Below are positions 1 to 12,710 of a DNA stretch of 64,000 bases, in pieces. Position 1 is the first letter of the stretch, and the number at the start of each line of letters is the position of its first letter. Both the position numbers and the translations under genes were made by a program. The stretch is taken from the NCBI GenBank assembly GCA_951406725.2, contig OX597827.1:30442001-30506000 (forward strand), in the 5' to 3' direction. The notes below the pieces were generated by a model. It had not been told where the DNA came from. It worked only from the letters and a program-made list of their open reading frames with translations, and searched no databases. Source of the DNA: Octopus vulgaris (lineage: Eukaryota).

Positions 1-44
1 TTGAATGCATCTGTCACTGTTAAAGATGAGTCAGGAAAAACAGC
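1..44 (+). CDS. FANK1: FANK1-like paralog A, partial internal coding exon (equivalent to paralog B exon 6)
   Basis: Reads LNASVTVKDESGKT-A then GTGAGT donor at 45. Matches paralog B exon 52896-52961 (FNASVDTKDESGKTA). Phase 2 joins the exon at 1094. Confidence 0.85.
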
Positions 45-326
45 GTGAGTATTTAAAATCTAGTTTTATTTATTCAACAATAACAAGGGAAGAAGGACAA
101 TGATTGGATGACTGCATTTTGTGTCTTGACTTATTAATAGCTAGCTATTTTCTTTCACTAGATTTTTTCATCTCTGTGGTAAAATGCTAAATCAGAATAA
201 GGCAATATTATTTTCCAAAGGTACAAGGTAGAATAACATAAAACATTTGTTTTCCATGACTCTGTATGTGTGTGTGCGTTTTCATATCACTTATATATAT
301 ATATATATCATCATCATCATCGTTTA

Positions 327-429
327 ATATAAGATTCCAATACGTTGTGAGTAAAATTCAACAGTATCTAAAAATTTTACTTGCAAGGTATTGGAAAGAT
401 TTTACTCACAAGGTATTGGAATCTTATAT
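327..429. mobile_element. Tiny hairpin MITE
   Basis: 31-bp terminal inverted repeat ATATAAGATTCCAATAC(G/C)TTGTGAGTAAAAT with one mismatch. A second partial copy of the right arm lies inside. Confidence 0.6.
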
Positions 430-566
430 GTATACCATTCTGCCTAAATAATGAATCTACAAATGCAATATCCTTGCAATTCTCACATCTATTTTCATTA
501 CTCCACTTCACTCTCTATTTTATATCATATCTAAATTAACTATTGCTTAACCATTTACTCACACCA

Positions 567-612
567 TCTCCGATGAAGGGATATAATAAATATCCTGGAA
601 ACAGCTGTAAGA
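567..612 (+). ncRNA. Minimal type I hammerhead ribozyme-like motif in a Penelope-type terminal repeat
   Basis: TCT-CCGATGA-A-GGGATAT/ATATCCTG-GAAA-CAGCTG(palindrome)-TA-AGA. The core has one deviation (CCGATGA). A related half-copy is on the minus strand at about 52437-52525. Confidence 0.55.
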
Positions 613-1093
613 CCTTCTATTTATAAATGTTCTAAAATCTTCACAGCCTTGGTTTTTTATCTCTTTCTGAAAAAAAAAATATATATATATATATATATAC
701 ATACACACACTGGAATATTTTTAAGTACTATAACAGAAACTAATACTTGACTAAAATTTTGTAAAAAAAATTAAACTTGAATTAAAATTTAAAATTAAAT
801 GAAATTCAAGTGATTCTATCACTTAGAAAAATTATTTTAAAACTGAAATTCAAACTTAGGGTAAAATTTATTGTGTTTTAAAAAAATCAAATGGAAATGT
901 GAATTTCAAATTGAAATGAAAAAGAGTTTTCATTTTAAATTTTGAATCTTCCTTCTACTCCGTCTTACCCTCTCAGTACAGTTTTCTTTTTAAATATCTC
1001 AGCTTTATTAATTTAAAATTATAAATAAAAAATGATAAAAATTTATATGCTAAATAATTTTTTTCCCTATTTTTTGTTGGGCTGTTACCTCAG

Positions 1094-1308
1094 TTTAATG
1101 CATGCTTGCATCTGTGACAATCTTCAAGCTGCAAAGGTCCTGCATAGAAATGGTGCACCTTTTGAAGATTTTGATTTCGGTGGATCTAGTCCACTACATC
1201 ATGCTGTTGACAGTGGCAGCTGCGAGATCATATCGTGGATGATAAGGGTTGGAGCAGATGTGGACATTCGAGACAAAAATGCTGCTTGGACTCCACTGAT
1301 GCGATGTG
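1094..1308 (+). CDS. FANK1: FANK1-like paralog A, ankyrin-repeat coding exon (215 bp)
   Basis: CTCAG acceptor and G|GTAAGT donor. Encodes LMHAC...GGSSPLHHAVDSG...GADVDIRD..WTPLMRC, resembling the FANK1 LMLAC...GGCTALHWAADGG...GWTPLMR segment. Confidence 0.9.
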
Positions 1309-2190
1309 GTAAGTTCTAAGTGTAGTTTGATTCCTTTTATTCTTTTCAAAGTATTGTAAAACATGTGAGGATAGGTTGTTCATGTGTGTGCAAGTGAGAG
1401 TATACACATGTGCATAACAGTAGAATTTAAGAATTACAGGATTACACCTACTTCATTCAGAATTGCAGAATTACATCTACTTCATTCCATTAGACATTTG
1501 TATGCTCATTAAGAACTGTGGTGTATAATCATCAAACGATGCACAAACAAATGTAAAGATGGCCATCTTTGTATTCATTAGAGAATCATAAATAAAACAA
1601 GTTCAAAGCTGCTATTACTATCTAGAAAAATTTCTATATTTGATATAACCACAATTGCTTCTATAAATATGGTAATGTTTAGTTGCAGAAACAGAAATTC
1701 ATGCTAGTAATAATATGTCAAACACATATTTCCCAATATCTTCTATCATCATCTTGATCATTATAGAAGAAAAAAATGAATGTGTAAATAATAATAAAGG
1801 TTTTATATTTTGGCACAAGGTCAGCAATTTAAGGGAGGAGGTAAGTCAATACCAACCCCCAAGGTTCAAGTGATACTTGTTTTATAGACCCCAAAAGAAT
1901 GATAGGTAAAGTCAACCTAAGTGGCATTTGAACTCAGGACAGAAGAAATACTGCTAAGCATTTTGTCCAGCAGGCTAATGATTCTGATAGTCTGCTGCCT
2001 TATAAATAATAATAATAATAATAATAATGACACTAATATGGTGCTTATTGTAAACAGTGCTCAGTGCACTACGACTCATCAGAAAAGGTTAAATAAGAAG
2101 ATGGAAAGACAGCAATGGAAGCTAGAAAGACATACAGAGACCATAGAATAAAACAGAAAAAGATAGAAAAGTGAACAGTAAATAGGTGTA

Positions 2191-2686
2191 CAAGGTGCAT
2201 TCAAAAATTATCTACCTTTTTTTTCCTGCCAAAACTAATGTTGCATGGGCAAAATCCTTTGGGGAGGAGATGACACTACCCTTCCTGCACAAATATGAAA
2301 TTTTTTGTGCTGGTAGACCATATTGGTCCCTGGCTATTATGCCTGGAGTACAGACATGTAGTGTGCACTCATCAGATTTTGATTTTCACACAAGATGATC
2401 AAACACGTCGAGCAGAGACCGTAAACTCATGTCACCTCACCAGTGATGACGGTCTTCATGAAATCTGGGTCATGGTTTGCACAGTCCAACATGTCCTGAG
2501 CGATTTCCATGTGGAGTTGCTTCTGTTGCTCCACAGTATCTTGGGAATGAATTACAGCCTACCAGTGTAAAAATTTTCTTGCATCCACAGGAAGGATAGT
2601 GTCACCTCCCACCCAAATTATTTGGCTCATGCTACTTTAGTTTTAGCAGGAAAAAATAAAGTGGGATACTTTTTGAATGCATATCA
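2191..2686 (-). mobile_element. Degenerate internally deleted mariner element
   Basis: TA-flanked imperfect TIRs (GTGCATTCAAAAA.TATC...TTTTTTCCTGC.AAAACTAA). The minus strand holds a relic of the VITGDETWVY motif near 2420-2450. Confidence 0.65.
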
Positions 2687-3240
2687 TATTGAACTATTGA
2701 TATTAGAATGCCTAAATCCACTTCATTTCAGTGGTACACTTTATGTATGTATTTGTTTATTAATTAGGGAATGAGGTTCAGAACTCTTGGACATTATAAA
2801 CCCACTCAGATTAGTGAGGTTGATGTGGTTAATGTTACTTTGAACTTCTGTTGATTTAAGAATCCTTATAAAGTGAACTTCTGCTATCCTGTGGCCAACA
2901 AAATTGGAATATCTCACAAAAATATTGATTTTATAAATTGCAAACAGTATTTCTTTCATTGAAAAACTAAAAATACATCAATAGCATTTCTTTATTTCAA
3001 TGTTTAGCAATTTTATGATGTAAATCTCTGTCGATCATATAGACTATGTTCAATTTAGGTTTGTACTCCATATTTTCACATTATTCTTAGTTTTAGATAA
3101 TGGCTTTTATGAATCTCATGTTTTCAAGTGTGAAGTATAATGGAATTTTGGCATCTACACCTCACTATATATACATTAGGCTATATTATATAAGATTCAA
3201 GAGTGTAAATTTGGTTGACACAAGAATTCTTTAAGCTATA

Positions 3241-4634
3241 TACTGAACCGCAAAATAAATGCAATTTTATATGGTAAATTCTGAAAATTTATTTCAGGGA
3301 TGTAAGTGTAAATATTCCAAGACATGGTTTAAGGCAGAGATCCAAATTGCAGGTAACCTTTCAACTTTCCCTGAAACAAGACACCAAAACACATGTGCAT
3401 CTCGTGGAGGTTATGGGTGTAAAAATCAACTTAAACCGCATTCCTGGTATTCGTAATTTGGACACATCAGGATTGTCAGCAGCACAGAGGGAACAAGCTA
3501 TCAGCTGATTACAAGCAGGGCTGCATGCTCTGGTTGTTGTGAAAAGCTTACAATGTCCATGTCAGCACCATCTATTGCCTGCAACAGCGATACAACAACA
3601 ACAACAGCACTGCAGACTGTGCCCCAGGTGACCATGTTCAGGCAGGACCGCTTCATCCACCTGCAACAACTCCGTGATCACTTCAGACTGGCCAGCGTGA
3701 CAGTTCACAAGACCATTATCACTGGACAGAGGCCCATCAGCGATGACATGGTACGACATTGACTGGCCACCAACAACCTGCGTTGCTGTCATCCTGCTCG
3801 AAGGCCTGCCCTCACCACTCACCACTGTCAGGTATGACTACAGTGGGCTACATAGCACCGACATTGGTGGCATCAACAATGGAGGTCAATAGTCTTCTCT
3901 GATGAGAGCCAGTACTGCATTTCCACCGTGAATAGCAGAGTGAGGGTGTGGCATAGGAGGGGTGAACACTACAGAGATGCATGTCATGGGGAGAGACACG
4001 TGGGGTGGCCAAAGCATCATGGTTTGGGGTGCTGTAGGCCTGAATCAGAGAATTGGGCTCCTTGTGTTCCAAATTGTTGGTGCAGGCAGAGGGAGTGGCA
4101 TCACAGCACAGTGCTACATTGACCAGATCCTAACACCTCTCATCATGCCCTTCTTTGCACATCACCATAGCTACGTGTTCCAGGAGGACAATGCTCTTTC
4201 CCACACAGCCAGGGTCATCATGGACTTCCTGCATCAGCACATCAGCCCAGGTTTGAACCCAATTGAACACCTAAGGGATGAAATCAAGAGACAGCTGAAC
4301 CAGGTTGTCACAAGGCCGATAACTCATGTGTAACTGTAGGCAGCTTTCCTCAGGGTATGGGCACAGGCTTTTGTGAACTACCTCATGCACTCCATGTACC
4401 GACGGTGTATGTCCATTTTGAACACACAGGGAACATGGTATTGAATACGTCACGCCCTACAATCTCGATGTACTGGATCCACCCACTACCAGAACACATG
4501 ACAACGACCCATAGACTGTGGTCAAAGTGCATCCAAGAATTTGACTTTATCAGATTTATCAAAATTTATCCCTGACATAATGAAATTAAAACATATTTCA
4601 GTTACACGTCTCGCATTTCTTTTGCAGTTCAGTG
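3241..4634 (+). mobile_element. Tc1-family DNA transposon with decayed transposase
   Basis: TA TSDs. TIR TACTGAACCGCAAAATAAATGC / GCATTTCTTTTGCAGTTCAGTG. Fragments FSDES, GGQSIMVWGA, FQEDNA, LNPIEHL are broken by stops, frameshifts and a deletion. Confidence 0.9.
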
Positions 4635-6488
4635 TAGATATAAAATCTCTACTTAATAAATTGTCAAGCAAACAAAGGAAATAATGATAATTATCACACT
4701 CAACTAACTGAATTATTGTGTGTGATTGTGTGAATTAGGGAAGAAAACATCAACACATCAATTGAAAAGTAAAACCTAGATGTGTGGAACCTGTAGTTTT
4801 TGAGTTTGCACATGATATTTTAGTATACTGTGATGTCCTCTCTAGTTGTCCACAAATCTACCATTTATTATTATTAGTGTTATTTTTAGAATGGATGATA
4901 TATGGTAGAATTGATAGAGTACTAGATAAAAATGCCTTACAACAATTTGTTATGTGTCTTTATATTCTGAGTTTAAATCCCACCAAGAATTATTCTGATT
5001 TTCATCCTTTCATGAATCAGAAAGCAATCAAGTACTAAAGATAAACTGATCAACAATGACCAACCCAACCCCATTGTCTGCTTTTGATAAAAATCATTTA
5101 ATCAATGTAGCAATAGACTAATATGTTCTCATATCCCGTCATGCACTGATTTCAGATAGCAATGGGGCAAGCTTTGGCTTTTATCCATTTGGGATTAGAA
5201 AGATAAATCAGTCAAATCTGGGTTCAATTTCAACTATACATCTCAAAATGTGGACATGTGCCAATGTTAGATATTATTATTATTGCACAGGTTGGCAGAA
5301 CCATTCAAGCATTAAACAAAAATCCTTAAAATATTTGTTCAGGTCTTTATATTCTATGTTTAAACCCTGACAGGGACAACTATTCCTTTCATTCTTTCAG
5401 GGCTGATAAAATAAAATACTTGTCAATAGCTGGATCGATATAATATGATTAACCTCTCTTCCAGTTTCTGTTCTTTTACCTAAATTAGAAATTATTATTG
5501 TTGTTGTTGTTGTTATTTACATTATTGTTGCTTTGTTTTATACAAGCTGTTCTAGGTTTTGCTCAGAGACCTCAAGTAATACCAAGTTGGATGTTTCATT
5601 ATGGATGTCATTTATTATTAGCAATGACTTGTATATGTGAAAGAGACCAAGAACTAAGATTCTGTTAAATTTGTAATATTTCAGTTAGAGTTTTAAGAGA
5701 ATCAAATTTCTGGTTTGTACCTATATTAACATCAGTTGTAGTTAGGTTGATTTAATAATTTAACCTCTTACCTCAAATCTCAGGCCTTTTGCATATATAG
5801 AATGTTAAAGCAATGAATTGACAGGAGCAGTATATACTACAAACTAAATACATTTTAATATTTCTTGACTTCTGTGTTCCAACCTCACTGAAGATTTAAA
5901 GTTTTTACTGAAACATTCCACTAGCATTCCTAATTTTTCAAGAGTGAATGTATTCTATTTCTATTGGACCACTAGTATTTTTGCCCCGGGTAATTTTTCC
6001 AAGAAAAGACTTACAGCACATCATTGTATGTGTAGCAGCAGCACCATTCCAAATTCAGGAGTTGTATTCCATTATGAATCTTACTTGTGCTTTGCAGAGA
6101 ATCAGCAGCTTATCAGAACAAGTATTTTCTGGAACTGAAGAGCAAGTCTTGACTTTAAAATGCAGTTGTAACTATGTTATCTGTTGACAAGAAAGTTCAT
6201 CAGAGGTTATGAGGCTTTGTATTTGTAGCAACTTTAAGGATTTTAATTACCTGTTGTACAAGACTTGAGAGGGTGACATATAAAATTGTATGCTAGAGAT
6301 GTGCAGTGATTGTGTCTTAGTGTTGTTGAAAGAGACAAAATTTTTATATCCCTATTGAAATATTTGCACCCACGAACATCTTTTAGTAGGAAAACTGAAT
6401 ACATTAACTGAGTTTCTATTAAGGAATTCATACGTATGGATTGACATGATGTATTCAGTGTTCTGTGTTTTCTTTTTTTTTTTCTCAG

Positions 6489-6661
6489 CTTCTCTTTCTG
6501 GTAACAAATCAGTTGCTAAGACATTGATCTTCGATGGAGCTAATATTGATCTCAGAGACAATGATGGAAAAACCTGTTTAATAATTGCAGTCATGAATGA
6601 TCATGAACAATTAGTAGAACTTCTCTTGGAGAGCAACGTCAACGTCACAATATTAAATAAG
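6489..6661 (+). CDS. FANK1: FANK1-like paralog A, ankyrin-repeat coding exon (173 bp)
   Basis: Poly-T/CTCAG acceptor and AAG|GTTAG donor. Encodes ASLSGNKSVAKTLIFDGANIDLRDNDGKTCLIIAVMNDHEQLVELLLESNVNVTILNK. Same size as paralog B exon 58377-58549. Confidence 0.9.
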
Positions 6662-8125
6662 GTTAGCGGATTCCTGTCTCCTCTATTATTCATTGTAGAT
6701 CATCATCACTGACATTGTTGATCAATTTTACTAGTCAGACAAAGTGAACCAAGAATTTTTATGTGCATTGTTTAAGGTTTAGCAAGGGAAAGTGATGTGG
6801 CTATGGCCCTGGTAATATTATAATCTGGTTTCAAACAAGTCGTGATTAAGAGCACCAAGAAATACAAAAACACGGGTTAAAATTGACAGCCAAACTGGTA
6901 CGATATGAATAATACTGTTAGTAAAAATACATTGGTTCCTCGTGCAGTTTGTACATGATGATGTGCACAGGAAAAGAACAAAGTACGTTAAAGTCTTCTG
7001 CTGACAATTCTCTCTTCTCTGAGAGTAGCTTAGAGGAAATTCTTTATTTATAGTGGTAGGGTGACTCAAAACACACAATGCTTTTCTGGTCTGGCAAGTA
7101 GTCTAAATGGATAACTTAAAGCATCCAATCGGCACAAATGGGTTTGGTCATGTGACCACTTGCATAAAACAAGTGTAGAAGCTGTTATGAGCCTATTTAA
7201 GCTTAAGAAAACCAAATTGTGAATATATACTTGCTACAAAGGGTAAACAAAATGGCTGTTGTAATTTTCAATTAAACTTGTGATCACCAGGATCAGCCCA
7301 TACTGTTATGATAATAATAGTGATGATGGTTTCCAAGATAGGCACAAGGAGAGTAATAATTTCATTCAACTTCCTTATATGGTAAATAGTTTTCTTCCCC
7401 TTTTTTTTTAATGAATAAAAATAATAAAGTCAATCCTGGAAAGAATTGAACTTGAAACCTAAAAGAACATAGCTAAATACTACAAGCCATTTCGTCAGGT
7501 ATTCTGCCACTCATTGTCTCACTAATAATTAATGCTAGTTCAAACCAGTAAAAAAATAAGTTATTATTAATAGTTTTGTAAAATAGTGTTGTGTTATGAA
7601 CTGAGTGTATTAGTTTTGATGCCTTCATAGATTTAGTCATGCTCCTTTACTTTCTTATCTCAAATCCCATCAAGGTCAAGTTTGTTTTTATTTTGATAAA
7701 AAAAAGTACTAATCAAGTATTGGAGTTGATATAATTGATTGTGCTTTCACTCCTGAAATGTGTGGCCTTATGCTTATATTAGAAATTGTTATTGTGATTG
7801 AAGACAGGAGAGGGTGTAAGGGAAGAAATGAATCAACTGGCTTTCTTGAATAAACATTTTTCAGTATTTGGTTTTGTCTCTCAATTCTAGACCTCATGGC
7901 ATTAACTTTCCCAATGATCCTTTGGGTCTTAAAATATATACCAAAATTAAACTGGAACCTAGTGGCTCTATGTTCAATAAAATAAATATATTGGGGTTGA
8001 TCCAGTTGATACATTCTCCTATCCCCTACCAAAAATAGCTTTGTTACTTAGAAATTAATATCAATGTATGAACAACCATTTACACTGGCTTCATTTTTTT
8101 CTTTTTCTCTTTCTATCCTTTTCAG

Positions 8126-8170
8126 AGTGGTCGAACAGCATATGAAATAGCAGTTGCCCTTAAAAAAACT
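8126..8170 (+). CDS. FANK1: FANK1-like paralog A, 45-bp coding exon
   Basis: Long pyrimidine tract plus TTCAG, and a GTGAGT donor. Encodes SGRTAYEIAVALKKT, matching paralog B 62227-62271 (SGRTAYEMAVSLEKR). Confidence 0.88.
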
Positions 8171-8771
8171 GTGAGTAGATTTATTGTTCAAGTTAACTTT
8201 TGAAAGCAGTATGGTTTATCAGTTTCCTCTTCCTCCTTATTCTTCTTCCCTTTTTCTTTCTTCTTCTGGTTTTAGGTCAGCCCTGATTCAGTATCAAATT
8301 TTGAGAGAATAACTGTGTGATCTGTAGATGGAAAATGTTTTGGATGTGTGTTAACTGTTTTCATCATTTAACCTGCATTCCAACCATGATTATACCATCT
8401 TTTTCTCAGGAACCATATGAACAAAATAAAATAAAAACGGTATCCATTAATATAACCGTCTTTCTAAAGTCAGAAATGACTGGAATATTCATCTGTAACC
8501 ACAATGTCTATTACTCAGTGTATCTAGGATTCTATTGTCCAATTATTCATTTTTAAGATTTGAATTGATCCCTAATTTCAGCCATTCCATAGATATTGTT
8601 TAACCATAGTCAGCCTGAAACAGCAGGTCCATGGTGAAAAGTATTTTGGTTATAAACCATCCTTTTTTTTTTTCTGTTGTAGACTACTATTAGTTTCCTC
8701 TAATTATGGTTTATATTATAAGGTTATAAGTTTATTTTTTTGTTGAAGCCATTTTTCTTTTCATTTGTCAG

Positions 8772-8858
8772 GCAATAATAAAGATCTTGGATAAATATAT
8801 TAAAAGTAGAAAGAATAATATTCCTAAGGAGGAGACCAGAAATGTTAGTGTTACATAA
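8772..8858 (+). CDS. FANK1: FANK1-like paralog A, probable last coding exon
   Basis: TTTGTCAG acceptor, phase 0. Encodes AIIKILDKYIKSRKNNIPKEETRNVSVT-stop (TAA 8856-8858), completing the last ankyrin helix with a basic tail. An internal GTTAGT donor at 8844 offers an alternative end. Confidence 0.7.
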   Translation, partial: AIIKILDKYIKSRKNNIPKEETRNVSVT

Positions 8859-9054
8859 CTTATGGAATTTAGGTATGTGTCTCTTTGCATCTTCTCAGAT
8901 GTTTACAGTTTATTTTCTTCTTTATATCATCATGACATGCACACACATGCTCCTACATGCACATATATTAAGCAGCTACTTGTTATAGTTAAGCGCAAAC
9001 TAGAAGTGGCTTTAGTGCGATGCTGATGTACAAAAAGTACCTCCTCCCCACACC

Positions 9055-9655
9055 ATAGAAGAACCAGGAGGAGGAAGATAATCTGGTTTAACCCATCATT
9101 CAGCATGAATGTACTTGCTAATAAAACCAAGAACTTACTAACTATTGTAGGACAATATATTTCCTACTGGTAAACAGATGCAACACTCTTGAACATCATC
9201 AATAACTTGATAACTTTAACCTTGATCACTCACCAAAACTACTAAAAACATTGACCCAGACAGCCAACTTGTAACTTGAGAAATTCCAATACTACCCACT
9301 CAGAGGATAATGTTTTTCCAAAACAGATAATTGAAAGGAATCATACAGTGCTCACATTGAAAACATTCAAAATCTGTTATTACCAGCATTTATGCATTAA
9401 AATCAAGAGATATGAAAATTCCATATCCTTGTTCTAATTTATCTGGAAACTTAAGGACCATGAATTGGAATGTATTTCATTAACACAGAGTATCTTTAAC
9501 AAAACCTCTCCATGCTTCAGTGGATTCTCAAACTGAAGATTGTGCTTATCTGAAATCTTCCTGATATTAAAACAACCAACAATGTAACTTAACTGGAGAT
9601 CAGAAATATTATCTCACTGTGGCCACCAGAAAAAATTCCCCCTGGATAGCTCCCT
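9055..9655 (+). mobile_element. Decayed Penelope-like (Naiad-type) 3' fragment, linker plus GIY-YIG region
   Basis: RRRKIIWFNPSFSMNV, a CNx..PLRGxC relic, FIWKLK, xRLCLSE and LNWRSEILSHCGH. Colinear with the intact ORF at 49098-50105. Confidence 0.75.
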
Positions 9656-10829
9656 ACTGATTCAAACTCATCATGGTCAACAAGCTCGAGTCAGTAGGAA
9701 GGAATGAGTAAGCATGCAAGCAGGCATGCATAAAAAATTTCATGTATATTTGACAAATATATAAATCAATGTAATATACAAGTATATTTACATTTCAGTT
9801 TTGGAAGGAGGAGTATAATTTTTGCAGAAAATATCTCATAGACTGGCAAAGTTGTTGTTCAGATTGAAATTGTTTGATTGTTGCATACAAATAAAGTGTG
9901 AGTAAAAAGTAAGTTCCAAGAAGTTGTAATTCTATGGACAAAAGTTAGTTTGTACAAAATTTTGTTGATGTACAAGATGGAGAAGAGAACTGTGAAAATA
10001 TAATCTGTGTGAGTTTGGGTAGTTCACAGAAGTGTGGTGATGATAAACAAAATAAAGGAGAGATAAAGCATGTCAATATTTTAGTGGTTGTTGCAACAAA
10101 TGACTTTTGGGGGCTACATATTCTAGATTGTTTGCATGCATAGCAAGACTTTAAGAATATATTTATTCATTATTTGATAATAGAGTATAAGTTATCAGCT
10201 TACCAATTTCAAACCAACTATATTATATCATTGTGTTTATTCTATGTATATTATCTATTACTTCAGATCACCTAATTATCAAACATAATGTAGCAATAAT
10301 ATTCGCCATAGACAGGCCATCTATTAAGGAAGACAAAAGGAGTCCCTGCAAAAGCTCTTTTAGCTTAACAGATACATAAGTTGTATGTTTGTTTGAGTGT
10401 AGTGTGTGTAAAAATGTGTATCCATGTTCATGAATGCATTTAGATATGTGCATTTACAAATGAATACCTACATAGGTGCTTGGAAAGAGACATATATATC
10501 TATACTATGTGCTATATGGAAAATTGATATATACTATGTATGTTTTTGTATGTGGTTTTGTGTATTCTGGGGTGAGCAATTACCTTGAGTTATGTCCCTT
10601 TAGGCAAAAATTAAGGTAGAACTTAATCATTGGTAAATAGAAATTGATAAGTACCAGACAAAGTGGTGCCCCAGCATTGCCACAGTCTACTGAATGAAAC
10701 CAGTGAAATAATAAAAGAATAAAAAAAAAAGTTGGGAGGATTCGAATCTCAAGTTATTATTTGGGAGTGGGGTGTCTATCAATATTAGAAAAAATATTAA
10801 AATTACTTTTTTGTTTAAATATTTTTTTA

Positions 10830-11435
10830 AAAATATTTATTAGCAACAGAGACAATATTAATACCAAGAGGTAATATTTATATCTACTTAAATGAGGATG
10901 TTCTATTAGAACAAACCATATTGCAGTAGTTACCATGAGAGAAACTCCCATATTGGCTTTGATGCAAAATATTTATTAGTGGTATAAACAAGAGTGCATT
11001 TTGCACCAGAATCCAATATGAGAGTTTCTCCACAGTGTAGTTTGTTCTAACAGAACATCTGCATTTACGTTGGGATAAATATTACCTTTTGTTATAATTA
11101 CTCCCACTGTCACTAATGAATATCTTTTAACAAGCTCACTGGCCAATCACAACACCAGTACCTGTTCTGGCACTGTTATTCTATATATTGCTGGTAGGGA
11201 GATGAATTGCTGCGATCTCTAGTGGTCAAGTGTCCATCATTGACAAGACCAAGGAAGGTCGAAATCTGGTAGTCTCATCCCTGGAGGTGGCAAGGATTTA
11301 TCTCCCCACTAGCAATATAAACAAGAGTGCATTTTGCATATCAAGCCAAGATGAGAATTTCTCTCATGGTAACTACTGCAGCATATTTTGTTCTAACAGA
11401 ACATCCTTATTTAAATGGAGATAAATATTACTTCT
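10830..11435. repeat. Imperfect ~130-bp inverted repeat plus a third direct copy
   Basis: 10840-10972 is the reverse complement of 10995-11125 (AACAAGAGTGCATTTTGCA...TTGTTCTAACAGAACATC...GATAAATATTAC). The same unit recurs at 11318-11432. Confidence 0.65.
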
Positions 11436-11664
11436 AAATATATTTTGTTAATTCGTAAACCTCTATATTTATCAGAATTGTAATGCTAACTAATTCCAGA
11501 ATCTGGACATGCATTGGGAAAAGACCTTCAGATAATTCTCTGTCTCCATGATGTCATCATACCTTGCAATTCAATGTGCTGATACAATGAAAAGAATCAG
11601 GCTTTTATCTGCTTGCCTGAAGTCATAAAACAATTTATGTTGTAAGACTATTTTTATCTTCTAG

Positions 11665-11721
11665 GATTTCAACAAAACAAATGAAAACAATTCTGACATT
11701 CCAGAAGAATCGTTACAATAA
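11665..11721 (+). CDS. Candidate terminal exon of FANK1 paralog A (coding if spliced from 8843, otherwise 3' UTR)
   Basis: TTTTTATCTTCTAG acceptor, open frame DFNKTNENNSDIPEESLQ-stop, and AATAAA at 11717-11722. No homology support. Confidence 0.3.
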   Translation, partial: DFNKTNENNSDIPEESLQ

Positions 11722-12232
11722 AGTTACTTCCTTCACTCATCAACTGCCATTTTGAACTGGACATTATTGTTGTTGCTGTGATGTCTTAATCTTCTACATT
11801 TTTTTCATTTCATTTGTTTCAGTTTTATACCTTCTTTTTCTTCTTCTGTGGTAATTTTTATTTGAGGGTTGGGGAGAGACAAGAGCTTGTGACATTAGTA
11901 CATAAGCTCTTTTATTATTTCTCCTTCATGTATATAAATAGATACATATGTATGTATATGTGTGTGTGTGTGTATACACAGCTAAGTAAGATATGGGTAA
12001 AAACCTTGTAGAATGCTATGCAAAGCTTGTCCATAGTTATTGGCTACCTGATGTCATCATACAGAGGAAATGCTCCTGCTACTGGAGCAATTCCAAAATT
12101 CCATCAGCAATTCCATCAGCAATTCCAAAATAATCCTTAGAGTTTATATATAAAACAAAAAAGATGTAAAAATGTATCAAAATAATTGTAGTGATTTTAG
12201 ATAAAGAATGTTATTAGTTCTATTTTCTATCA

Positions 12233-12590
12233 TTGTGGTAAGTAGCTTGCTTACCAACCACATGGTTTGGGTTCAGTCCCATTGCATGGCACTTTGGGCA
12301 AGTGTCTTCTGCTATAGCCTCGGGCCGACCAAAGCCTTGTGAGTGGATTTGGTAGACGGAAACTGAAAGAAGCCTGTCGTATATATATGTGTGTGTGTCT
12401 GTGTTTGTCCTCCCAACATCGCTTGACAACCAATGCTGGTGTGTTCATGTCCCCGTAACTTAGCGGTTCGGCAAAAGAAACCGATAGAATAAGTACTAGG
12501 CTTACAAAGAATAAGTCCTGGGGTCGATTTGCTCGACTAAAGGCGGTACTCCAGCATGGCCACAGTCAAATGACTGAAACAAGTTTAAAG
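12233..12590 (+). mobile_element. tRNA-derived SINE (octopus-type)
   Basis: GTGGTAAG...GGTTCAGTCCC tRNA-like head, CACTTTGGGCAAGTG core and ATGACTGAAACAAGT tail. Decayed minus-strand relatives at about 37245-37375 and 63570-63690. Confidence 0.75.
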
Positions 12591-12593
12591 AGT

Positions 12594-12710
<117 letters not shown>

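Noticed and set aside
10267-10379. Possible further FANK1-A exon after CTTCAG
   Set aside because: The open frame needs phase 1, which no upstream coding donor supplies. It could only be UTR and has no support.
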